Source: Candidatus Omnitrophota bacterium (GTDB taxonomy: Bacteria; Omnitrophota; Gorgyraeia; Zapsychrales; Zapsychraceae). Taken from it: a stretch of DNA of 64,000 nt. Below, one piece after another: positions 48,748 through 57,264 of this stretch. The DNA lies in assembly GCA_023247445.1 (NCBI GenBank), contig JAHFGL010000002.1, forward strand, positions 553-64,552, written 5' to 3'. The notes below the pieces were generated by a model that made no database searches, was not told the origin of the DNA, and saw only the letters and a list, made by a program, of their open reading frames with translations. Position 1 is the first letter of the stretch; every line of letters begins with the position of its first letter. Made by a program: the position numbers and the translations under genes.

Positions 48748-48918
48748 ATTTTAAACGACAAAGGCAAACCTATCGTAAGGTAGGGACCCCTACTTCGCCA
48801 AATACTTAATGTGTTTGGCTTCGTAGGGCTCTACGAAACTCAATGCGAAAGCAATTGAGCGTAGTAGGGGCAAAGCTAAGGATCCCAATGAGGACAGCCT
48901 GGTTACCGAATCTAAAAT
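48748..48918 (+). ncRNA. c-di-GMP-I (GEMM-I) riboswitch with an 82-nt insertion
   Basis: GGCAAACCTATC GTAA GGTAGGGAC[48788-48869]GCAAAGC...GGATCC..GGACAGCCTGGTTACCGAA. Confidence 0.85.
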
Positions 48919-48932
48919 CTAGTAGTTTGTTT

Positions 48933-48974
48933 AAAACCTATCTTTCCGTAGGGAGGGATGGGTTTTCTTTTTTT
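48933..48974 (+). terminator. Riboswitch expression-platform terminator
   Basis: AAAACCTATCTTTCC...GGAGGGATGGGTTTT plus T-run, just before SD AGGAGG and ATG 48987. Confidence 0.8.
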
Positions 48975-48986
48975 ATAGGAGGTCAA

Positions 48987-51731
48987 ATGAAAAGAATATT
49001 ACTGAGTATCAGTTTTGTGTGGACAGTCATGGCTTCTCTATTATTAGGCCAGGTCGCCCAAGCCTATCAGGATGTTAAAGTAGAAGGTGGGCAATTAGTG
49101 GCGGATTTTGATCACGATGGTCTTTATCATCCCTATTTTATCAAAGGGGTTGATTATAGTCCTTATCCTATCGGCCGTTATCCAAGTGATTTAGGATGGC
49201 CTGACGTTAAAGATCCACGACCAGATAATATTTTAGATGACCCCGCTATTTTGGAAAGAGACTTTAAATACCTTCAAGCAATGCATGCGAATACAATTCG
49301 TATTGTAAAAGGCGATGATACGTCCATGGTTGTTAAGGCCGGTGAGCCAGCTCGTTTTCCTGTCAAATTGACACAGTATACTTTAGATATGGCAAAGAAA
49401 AATGGTTTGAAAGTTATCGCTGGATTTGCCGTCGATAATGAGAAGGTATTAGATTGGAATCTTAATTCTAATAACCCGAAATATTCTGTTCCAATTGATT
49501 TTACGAATGAGGATGTTAAAAAAGATATTAGGACACGTTTTGAAAAATATGTAAGAAGTTTTACAGATACTTCAGCGATTTTAATGTGGGCCTTAGCGGA
49601 TGGAAATAATTTATATATTACGGATCCTAAACAGCTAAAGGCATTTTATTCTTTGATGAACGAATTAGCTGGGATAGCGCATACAGTTGAAACCCAAAGT
49701 GATAGCGTTCACCCCGTCGCATTAATTAATTTTGAGGTGGGAAATCTTGATCAGGTTGCTTTGGGTACAGATGATGTGTCGATGAGTAATATTGATATTT
49801 GGGGAATGAATGCCATGCGCGGGATTTCCTTCGGTAATTTATTTGATGATTATAAAAAGTTTTCTAAGAAACCTTTGTGGTTCGCCACATTTGGTACAGA
49901 TGGGTGGAATACAACTAATCTCAGTAATCCCAAACAAGGGAACGAAGATTCTAAAACACAAGCCAATTGGGATACGCATTTGTGGGATGAAATCGCGGCT
50001 CACAAAGATGTGACCATCGGCGGAACAATTGCTGAATATTCTGATGAATGGTGGCGAGGAGCTGACCCTGATTGTATTCAAAAAGATAAGCAGAATGAGA
50101 AGTGCGCGCTACAACACGATTATTCTGGATTTGGTCCAAAGGAATTAGGCTGTGATATAAAAAATCCATCTGTTTGCGTTGGAAGCCCCGATTATTTTAT
50201 TAACTTAGAATGGTTTGGTTTGATGTCGGTTGAATTGAATCCTGTTAAGTATGGCGCCGATATTTTAAAACCTCGTCAAGCATATACTGATTTACAAGGT
50301 AAATTTGCGTTGGAAAAAATTGAAGGGACCATTCTTGATAAGACCGCTCAGAACAGTGCCAGCGGCTTAAAAGAAGTAGATGTGACTATCGAAGATGACA
50401 ATGGCGAAATTTTACAAACAGTAAAAACTGATGCGAATGGCCATTATGAGAGTAGCCTTTTAAAACATGGCAAGTATTATGTTCGCCCAGTTTTGCCTCA
50501 TTATGCATTTTATCAAAATGGAAAAACGGTCGAGTATTCTGAGGTGGAATACAAGGTTGATCAATCATTTGGACACGTCGATTTTACCGCCATACAAACA
50601 CAACAAATGATCCAAGGGCAGGTTTTGGATGTTGGACTTAATGCTAATCTTGGACTAAGTAATGTTTTCATTAGTGTTACAAGTATAGAGGGGGCATTGC
50701 TGGAGACGGTCTTAACAGATTCGCAAGGCCATTTTAAAACAAGTTATTTTAATCATGGCTCTTATATGGTTCGGCCTCAATTGCGACATTATAGTTTTTA
50801 TCAAGACGGCAAAGCCATTTCCGCCCTTAATGTTGTTTTGAAAGCGGGGGAATTATCAAAGCCGATTTATTTGGAAGCAGCGCAAACGCAGTATCAGGTG
50901 GAAGGAAATGTTGTTGATATTACAGATTTAAGAAAAACAGTGAACCTGGCCCACGTAAAAGTTAATATTATGAGCAATGGTCGACGGGTTGATATTGCCA
51001 GAACCGATGACCAAGGACACTTTAAGTCGATCTATCTGTCGGTGGGTAACTATACATTTGTGCCAGAATTAGGAAAGTATAAATTTTATCCTAAGAAACA
51101 GGATGTGAATATTGCGCGCGGTATTAAACCCAAGGCCATGAACTTTCAAGCGGATCAATTAGTCGCCGCCTTAAGTGGATATGTTTTAGAAAATGGTTCA
51201 GGTAAGCCCATTGTTGGGGCCAAGGTTACCGTTCGCGGCAAACGCCACGCTGATGGTAAGAATATTGTGATGAGGGTTCTTACGGATCAAAATGGTTATT
51301 TCAAAATTTATAATCTGACGGAACCAAAGAAATTATATCGTGTCATTGCGAAGTATCAAAAAGGCACAACGCGGTATAAATTTCCTAAGATAAAGATTAC
51401 GAATCTTGCCTCGCCACTAACGATCGAAGGGGTGCTCAATAAAGAGAAGAAACCTGCAACAGCCGGGGATTTGGATATTATGGGAACCATTACCTCAAAT
51501 GACGAAGAATCTAATGCTGGTCTTTCGGATGTTCAGGTAGTGCTTAAGGAAAAGAAAGGTAATCGCGTGGTTTTGATTACGCGCAGCGATGACGATGGAT
51601 TCTTTACCTTTGAAAACCTTTTGCCAGGCGAATATATAGTGGAAGCCAGTGCCAAAGGTTTCCAATACGACCCCGTCGCACCTATTACACTTGTTGATGA
51701 CATTGATTCATTAGAAATTCATAGAAAGTAG
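48987..51731 (+). CDS. Secreted GH-A clan (GH2-like) TIM-barrel protein with multiple carboxypeptidase-regulatory-like repeats
   Basis: Signal peptide (AQA), FIKGVDYSP.PIG, ANTIR, DIWGMN..RG.SF, EYSDEWW, EWFGL, then repeated TD..G.F...GxY domains. Confidence 0.85.
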   Translation: MKRILLSISFVWTVMASLLLGQVAQAYQDVKVEGGQLVADFDHDGLYHPYFIKGVDYSPYPIGRYPSDLGWPDVKDPRPDNILDDPAILERDFKYLQAMHANTIRIVKGDDTSMVVKAGEPARFPVKLTQYTLDMAKKNGLKVIAGFAVDNEKVLDWNLNSNNPKYSVPIDFTNEDVKKDIRTRFEKYVRSFTDTSAILMWALADGNNLYITDPKQLKAFYSLMNELAGIAHTVETQSDSVHPVALINFEVGNLDQVALGTDDVSMSNIDIWGMNAMRGISFGNLFDDYKKFSKKPLWFATFGTDGWNTTNLSNPKQGNEDSKTQANWDTHLWDEIAAHKDVTIGGTIAEYSDEWWRGADPDCIQKDKQNEKCALQHDYSGFGPKELGCDIKNPSVCVGSPDYFINLEWFGLMSVELNPVKYGADILKPRQAYTDLQGKFALEKIEGTILDKTAQNSASGLKEVDVTIEDDNGEILQTVKTDANGHYESSLLKHGKYYVRPVLPHYAFYQNGKTVEYSEVEYKVDQSFGHVDFTAIQTQQMIQGQVLDVGLNANLGLSNVFISVTSIEGALLETVLTDSQGHFKTSYFNHGSYMVRPQLRHYSFYQDGKAISALNVVLKAGELSKPIYLEAAQTQYQVEGNVVDITDLRKTVNLAHVKVNIMSNGRRVDIARTDDQGHFKSIYLSVGNYTFVPELGKYKFYPKKQDVNIARGIKPKAMNFQADQLVAALSGYVLENGSGKPIVGAKVTVRGKRHADGKNIVMRVLTDQNGYFKIYNLTEPKKLYRVIAKYQKGTTRYKFPKIKITNLASPLTIEGVLNKEKKPATAGDLDIMGTITSNDEESNAGLSDVQVVLKEKKGNRVVLITRSDDDGFFTFENLLPGEYIVEASAKGFQYDPVAPITLVDDIDSLEIHRK

Positions 51732-51743
51732 TTTATTGGTTTA

Positions 51744-51784
51744 ATGAAAGCCCTGCTTAAAGTTTGACTAAGTGGGGCTTTCAT
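51744..51784 (+). terminator. Hairpin terminator
   Basis: ATGAAAGCCCTGCTTA...TAAGTGGGGCTTTCAT. Confidence 0.65.
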
Positions 51785-51908
51785 CTGTTTTAAATTTGAT
51801 TATTAAATTATTCATTTGTTTGTTGTTCGCCGCGATTATTTCTTTATAATACCCATAAATATATTTTTTAATTGTGCTGCCCTATAATCCTAAAAGGAGA
51901 AAGAGTTT

Positions 51909-54900
51909 ATGAACAAGATTAACTGCTGCCAAAGCCGCAATATTTTTTTACCCGTTTTAAGTTTTATAATATTTTCCTTTGCCCTTTTGTTTAGCGTAAA
52001 TTCTCAGGCCGCAGAGTTTCATGTCACCAAATGCGATGATCTTCGGTATGTTAATGCTCATCTCCAGGATACAATTATTCTTGACAATGATATTGATTGT
52101 AAAGGTCCAGCTATTTTGTGGCCGATTGGCTTGAATGCATTGCCAAATGGTTTTCAGGGAACATTTAATGGCCAAAATCATACGATCAGTAATATTACAT
52201 TGTCTATGTATAAAAACCCGGGTGAGCTAATGCCGGCCGGATTCTTTGCTGCTACCTCAGGGGCTACGATTTCTAATTTGAATTTAGATAATATCAGTGT
52301 AGTAGGTAACAGGTGCGTTGGAGCTTTGGTTGGGAATGCTGCTGGTGGAACCATAACTAATGTTATTGTAACTGGAAAAATCAGCGGACCTAAGTTTGGG
52401 GCCGATGCTAATCCACAGGCGGTTGGTGGGTTAGTTGGATGTAATAGTGCGACAATTTCACAGTCTGCTACTTACGTTATCGTTGAGGGTGGGAATACCA
52501 TGGGAGGATTAGTTGGGATTAATGATGCCGGAGGAAATATTACGCAGAGTTTTGCTAATGGTCGAATTGATGCCAATGCTGCAATTAATTGGGATGACAC
52601 TGACGTATTAGGTGGATTAGTTGGTAATAATAATGGAGGGTCGGTAACGGATTCATATGCAATGGTTCGTGGATTTTTATTAAAGGCTCAAGCTGCCATT
52701 AAATATGTTTGGGGAGGATTTGGTGGCAATAATAGTGGAAGTAATACGAATACTTTTGCGACTCATGGTTTTAAACGAGGTAGCTTTACCCAGACTGACG
52801 GAATTAATTGGGATGATACTGATGTGTTATCGGGAGGATTGGTAGGGACATCAAATAACATGCCAGTCAGTTCTTTTTGGGATATTCAATTAAGTGGCCA
52901 TAATACCAGCGCTGGTGGGGTTGGCAAGACAACAGTGGAGATGAAACAACAATCCACTTATCAGAATTGGGATTTTGCACAAAATTGGTCAGCCTGTGAA
53001 GGGAAAGATACTCCAGTTTTGCAATCGAGTGGGGTCGGATGTGCATCTCCTGTTCTTCAAAATACTTTACTTGATCCCGATCAAACCTCTGGAACTCAGA
53101 CAGAAACTTCTTTTGGTAAGAAGGTAGCTATTGATGATAATATTTTGGTAGTAAGTGATACCGGTGATCGTGGGTATAATCAAGGGGCGGTTTATATATA
53201 TAGAAAAAATAACGATCAGTGGTCATTAGCCAATACTATTTTTCCTACCGATGGAGTAAATTTAGAATATTTCGGACATGAATTTTTCTTAGAAGGGAAT
53301 TTATTATATGTATTTAAAACAACGCAAACAAGAACAGTCAAAGATGTTTATACTTTTATTTATTCGAAAGAAACAGGACAATGGCAACAAATAAAGAAGC
53401 AAACTCTTAATCTCGGGACAGGAAGTGATAATTATTTGACAGCAGTAACTAGTAACATGCTAGCCATTCGTTCTTTGTCGAGCAGTTCTCGAAATATAAA
53501 AATTTTCGAAAATGGGCCTACGGGCTGGCAATTAATATCTACCATAACGCCGGTAGCATCAATGACTGCAAGTATTAACGCAGATATTGATGGTGATAAC
53601 GTTGTTGTTCGAACTTTAGACTATAGTGGTCTTGCGCGTATTTACATTTATACTAAAACAGGTCAGTTAAAACAGGTCATTCAAGATCCTTTGCTTTCCA
53701 ATTATTTTGGAAACACGGTATCTTTAAATGGTGATACCTTGGTCGTTTCTTCTGGTCGAGGAGATTGTACGTCATCACCTAAACCTCTTCCTTCAGTTTA
53801 TAAATATGCTGGAACCCAATGGAGTTTCGTTCAGCGTTTATATGAACGTGGAACTTCGTTAATAGAGGCCAATTCCGTGATTGATGATTTTAAGGATGGT
53901 AATATTGTTATTACTTATCCATGGGCAGCGGGATGTTTACCTCCTAACACAGGTGCAATTGCTCGGCCTACAGCTGGAGTTAATGTTTATCAAAATAAAA
54001 ATGGTCAATGGAAACCAGCATACAGTTTAGATATTCCTGACCAGAGCACTAGTGGTCCTGTAGCGGCGGTAAGTGGAAATACTCTGGCTGTTGGTTCTTT
54101 TAATAGTGGTCTTTCCGCGAATAAGATCTTAGTTTATTCGTTGGGTGGAGAGAATAAGGGAAAAATTAAGGGAACTGTTAGAGATTCTCAGGGAAATCCA
54201 AGTTTAGGAGCTACCGTTGAGATTAGTGGTCCTTCAGGGGTAGTAACTTTAACCACAGGTCTCTTTGGGCAATATGAAACGGCATTCTTATCTGCAGGGA
54301 CTTATCAGGTAACAGCTAAGAATTCAAACCATACTTTTAATCCTCCAACTAGTTCTGTAACTATTCCTTCCAATGATACGTTTGTTGACTTTACTGAGGA
54401 GATGACACAAGGCACTAAAATTCAAACAACGGTTAAGAACACTTCAAATCAAGGGGTTTCTGGTATCGTTGTTAAGATTCAGCAAGGCAGTAATGTTTTA
54501 GAATCAGGATTAACGGATGCTAGTGGCATTTATACGTCGGCCAACACCTATGCACCCGGATCTTATGATGTCGTTGTGTCAAGCGCCCAATATTGCTTTA
54601 CGCCGATTCTAAATTCTCAACCAATCACAATTCCTGCGCAAAGTTCACCTACGGTGTCAGCGAATTTTACGGCGTATAATTTGTTGGTGGGGAAATTGGT
54701 GGATTCTGCTGGTCAGCCGATTGCGGCGGCCAAGATATATCTGAGAGGGACAACATCATCATTCGGGACTGATGCTAACGGATATTTTTATGTTCCAGAT
54801 AATAGCACTACGCGATCTCTCCCGTATAGATTTTATAAAATGATGAAGCCTTCCGGTGGATGGTATAGTTTCGGTCCGGATGTGTTTGTCTATAGTAAAC

Positions 54901-54935
54901 GACAGCCGAATCTAACCATAACCGGTGTCAGGTAA
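51909..54935 (+). CDS. Large secreted protein: GLUG-motif beta-helix, FG-GAP-like propeller, carboxypeptidase-regulatory-like domains
   Basis: Signal peptide (SQA), F.GTFNGQNHTISN, repeated GGLVG, SFWD...SG..TSAGG.GKTT.EM, FG..VAID. Confidence 0.85.
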   Translation: MNKINCCQSRNIFLPVLSFIIFSFALLFSVNSQAAEFHVTKCDDLRYVNAHLQDTIILDNDIDCKGPAILWPIGLNALPNGFQGTFNGQNHTISNITLSMYKNPGELMPAGFFAATSGATISNLNLDNISVVGNRCVGALVGNAAGGTITNVIVTGKISGPKFGADANPQAVGGLVGCNSATISQSATYVIVEGGNTMGGLVGINDAGGNITQSFANGRIDANAAINWDDTDVLGGLVGNNNGGSVTDSYAMVRGFLLKAQAAIKYVWGGFGGNNSGSNTNTFATHGFKRGSFTQTDGINWDDTDVLSGGLVGTSNNMPVSSFWDIQLSGHNTSAGGVGKTTVEMKQQSTYQNWDFAQNWSACEGKDTPVLQSSGVGCASPVLQNTLLDPDQTSGTQTETSFGKKVAIDDNILVVSDTGDRGYNQGAVYIYRKNNDQWSLANTIFPTDGVNLEYFGHEFFLEGNLLYVFKTTQTRTVKDVYTFIYSKETGQWQQIKKQTLNLGTGSDNYLTAVTSNMLAIRSLSSSSRNIKIFENGPTGWQLISTITPVASMTASINADIDGDNVVVRTLDYSGLARIYIYTKTGQLKQVIQDPLLSNYFGNTVSLNGDTLVVSSGRGDCTSSPKPLPSVYKYAGTQWSFVQRLYERGTSLIEANSVIDDFKDGNIVITYPWAAGCLPPNTGAIARPTAGVNVYQNKNGQWKPAYSLDIPDQSTSGPVAAVSGNTLAVGSFNSGLSANKILVYSLGGENKGKIKGTVRDSQGNPSLGATVEISGPSGVVTLTTGLFGQYETAFLSAGTYQVTAKNSNHTFNPPTSSVTIPSNDTFVDFTEEMTQGTKIQTTVKNTSNQGVSGIVVKIQQGSNVLESGLTDASGIYTSANTYAPGSYDVVVSSAQYCFTPILNSQPITIPAQSSPTVSANFTAYNLLVGKLVDSAGQPIAAAKIYLRGTTSSFGTDANGYFYVPDNSTTRSLPYRFYKMMKPSGGWYSFGPDVFVYSKRQPNLTITGVR

Positions 54936-54988
54936 AGACGGGTTATAACGGTAACAGCTATTTTATTGTTTACACCTAGAATGTTTAG

Positions 54989-55022
54989 AAAGGCCCGCTT
55001 TGTATTAAGAAGCGGGCCTTTT
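54989..55022 (+). terminator. Intrinsic terminator
   Basis: AAAGGCCCGCTT...AAGCGGGCCTTTT. Confidence 0.85.
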
Positions 55023-55121
55023 GCTTGACTCGATTTTTAACTGTCAACTTGCAAATACAATTTCCGTCTATATAATTGAATCTATATCCTGACAATTATA
55101 GATTTATATTTTTAAAATATT

Positions 55122-56819
55122 ATGGCCATCAAAACAAAATTTCCTATCGGTCAGCTTCTCATCGAGAAGAAGATCATTACCCCCGAACAATTAGAGATAG
55201 CGCTTAAGAAACAAAAAGAAACCAACGAGCCGCTGGGCGTAACCCTCATTAAATTAGGTTTTATTGAAGAAGAAACGATTTTTTTGCCCGTTTTAGCCGG
55301 ACAAATGGGTGTTGATTATGTGAATTTGAAAGATATTGAAATCCCTCCCGAGGTCTTAAGCAAAATTCCCGCCAAGTTTGCCAGTCATTATAAAATTATG
55401 CCGTTTGCCTTTAGGAGTAATACGATTTCGATTGCAACGGCCGTTCCCATCGACATTCATCTGCTGGATGAAATTGGATTGGTTGTTAATTATCCACTGC
55501 AATCTGTTTTAGCGAGCGAAAAAGATATATTGGAAGCCATCCGAAAATATTATGGAGTTGGGGCGGAGACGATTGAAAAAATGATGGGCTCGGTGCAGAA
55601 GTCGAATCAACAGGAAACAGAAATTGCGGAGATTGACGAAACAGGTTCCGAGGCCTCGATTAGCAAATTTTTAAATCAAATTCTTCTGCAGGCTTATCGT
55701 GATCGCGCCAGTGATATCCATATTGAACCCTTTGAAGATAATTTGCAAATTCGTTATCGAGTTGATGGCATCCTTTATGATGCCAAAGTTCCTCCTAACA
55801 TTAAACATTTTAAAGATGAAATTAATTCTCGGATTAAAATCTTATCAAATCTTAACATCGCCGAGAAACGGTTGCCTCAGGACGGCCGTTTTAAAGTACG
55901 AGTTAAGGATGTTGATATTGATCTTCGCGTTTCATTTTTGCCAACGCCGTATGGAGAGAGTGTTGTCTTACGCGTTTTGAATTCGACCCGCTTATTTAGT
56001 TTTGAAGAATTAGGACTGATCGATTATGAACGCAAAATTCTTGAAGAGTTAGTTAAGAAGCCTCACGGAATTATTTTTTTAACCGGGCCAACCGGAAGTG
56101 GAAAGACAACGACACTTTATTCGTGTCTTTCTCAAGTGAACACAGAAGATAGAAAAATTATCACAATTGAAGATCCGATTGAATATCAACTTAAAGGCAT
56201 TACGCAAATTCAAACTAATCCCAGAATTGGATTAACCTTTGCCCATGGACTACGTTCGATGCTTCGTCATGATCCTGATATTATGATGGTCGGAGAAGTT
56301 CGGGATCGTGAAACAGCGGAAATTGCGATTCAAGTGGCTTTAACTGGGCATTTAATTTTTTCAACACTGCATACCAATGACGCGGCCAGCGGCGTTACGC
56401 GTTTGCTCGATATGGGGGTTGAGCCATTTCTGGTGACGAGCACCATCGAATGTTTTATTGCTCAACGATTGATCCGCATGTTGTGTTCGAAATGTAAACA
56501 GCCAACGAAATTAAATGATCAGCTTCTTAAAGATTTTGAAGGTCAGGTTGAAATTCCTAAAGATATGACGATTTATGAAGGCAAAGGTTGCGAGTCCTGT
56601 AAAATGACCGGTTATATTGGTCGAGAAGCCATTTATGAGTTTTTGCTAATGACAGAACCGATTCGACAACTGATTATGCAACGCGCGACCGTTAATCAGA
56701 TTAAAGAAAAAGCGATCGAGCAAGGAATGAAAACACTGCGGCAGTCGGGATGGGATAAGGTTGTGCATGGATTAACGACGCCGGAAGAAGTTGTCAGGGT
56801 CACTAAAGAAGAAACTTAG
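55122..56819 (+). CDS. gspE: Type II secretion ATPase GspE/PilB family with MshEN-like N-terminus
   Basis: ASDIHIEP, GPTGSGKTTTLY, TIEDPIEY, DPDIMMVGEVRD, LHTND, two CxxC. Confidence 0.95.
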   Translation: MAIKTKFPIGQLLIEKKIITPEQLEIALKKQKETNEPLGVTLIKLGFIEEETIFLPVLAGQMGVDYVNLKDIEIPPEVLSKIPAKFASHYKIMPFAFRSNTISIATAVPIDIHLLDEIGLVVNYPLQSVLASEKDILEAIRKYYGVGAETIEKMMGSVQKSNQQETEIAEIDETGSEASISKFLNQILLQAYRDRASDIHIEPFEDNLQIRYRVDGILYDAKVPPNIKHFKDEINSRIKILSNLNIAEKRLPQDGRFKVRVKDVDIDLRVSFLPTPYGESVVLRVLNSTRLFSFEELGLIDYERKILEELVKKPHGIIFLTGPTGSGKTTTLYSCLSQVNTEDRKIITIEDPIEYQLKGITQIQTNPRIGLTFAHGLRSMLRHDPDIMMVGEVRDRETAEIAIQVALTGHLIFSTLHTNDAASGVTRLLDMGVEPFLVTSTIECFIAQRLIRMLCSKCKQPTKLNDQLLKDFEGQVEIPKDMTIYEGKGCESCKMTGYIGREAIYEFLLMTEPIRQLIMQRATVNQIKEKAIEQGMKTLRQSGWDKVVHGLTTPEEVVRVTKEET

Positions 56820-56820
56820 T

Positions 56821-56853
56821 AATCGTATTTCGTATTTAGTACATCGTACTTCG
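56821..56853. repeat. Left arm: 7-mer tandem repeat (ATTTCGT-like)
   Basis: AATCGT ATTTCGT ATTTAGT ACATCGT ACTTCG, the reverse complement of 57228-57263. Confidence 0.85.
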
Positions 56854-56868
56854 CTGAGGATTGATGAG

Positions 56869-57228
56869 ATGGAGAAGATTAAAAATTTTAAAGAATTGAG
56901 GATATGGCAGAAAGGGATAGAAATTGTTAAAGATGTTTATTCGATGACCAAAGATTTTCCCAAAGAAGAATTGTATGGTTTAACAAGTCAAATGAGACGC
57001 TCTGCAATTTCAATACCATCTAATATTGCCGAAGGATTTAAAAGATTTCATGATAAAGAGTATAAGCAGTTTTTGCATATCACTTTAGGATCTGCTGCTG
57101 AATTAGAAACACAGATTATTATCTCTAAGGAACTTAATTTTATAGACCAAGAGAAGTTAGATAACATTCTAGAAAAATTAGATCATTTGGCCAAAATGAT
57201 TTCTTCTCTTTTAAATAAAATACAATAA
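56869..57228 (+). CDS. Four-helix-bundle protein (23S rRNA IVS protein / Avd-like family)
   Basis: F.EL.IWQK....VY..T..FP.EE.YGLTSQMRRSA.SIPSNIAEG...GSAAEL.TQ. ATG 56869 follows GAGGA. Confidence 0.92.
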   Translation: MEKIKNFKELRIWQKGIEIVKDVYSMTKDFPKEELYGLTSQMRRSAISIPSNIAEGFKRFHDKEYKQFLHITLGSAAELETQIIISKELNFIDQEKLDNILEKLDHLAKMISSLLNKIQ

Positions 57229-57263
57229 CGATGTACGAAGTACGAATGACGAAATACGAAGTA
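57228..57263. repeat. Right arm: five 7-mer repeats (ACGAAGT-like)
   Basis: ACGATGT ACGAAGT ACGAATG ACGAAAT ACGAAGT. Confidence 0.85.
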
Positions 57264-57264
57264 T

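Noticed and set aside
48843-48986. N-terminal extension of the 962-aa ORF
   Set aside because: It overlaps the riboswitch and terminator. SD AGGAGG and the signal peptide indicate a start at 48987.
56791-56868. N-terminal extension of the four-helix-bundle ORF
   Set aside because: It runs through the gspE end and the heptamer array. Family homology starts at MEKIKNF (56869).
56869-57228. Diversity-generating retroelement (Avd-like gene, with 7194-7853 as a possible TR/VR pair)
   Set aside because: There is no reverse transcriptase in the window. The 330-bp copies are both in-frame coding and differ at all base types, not only adenines.
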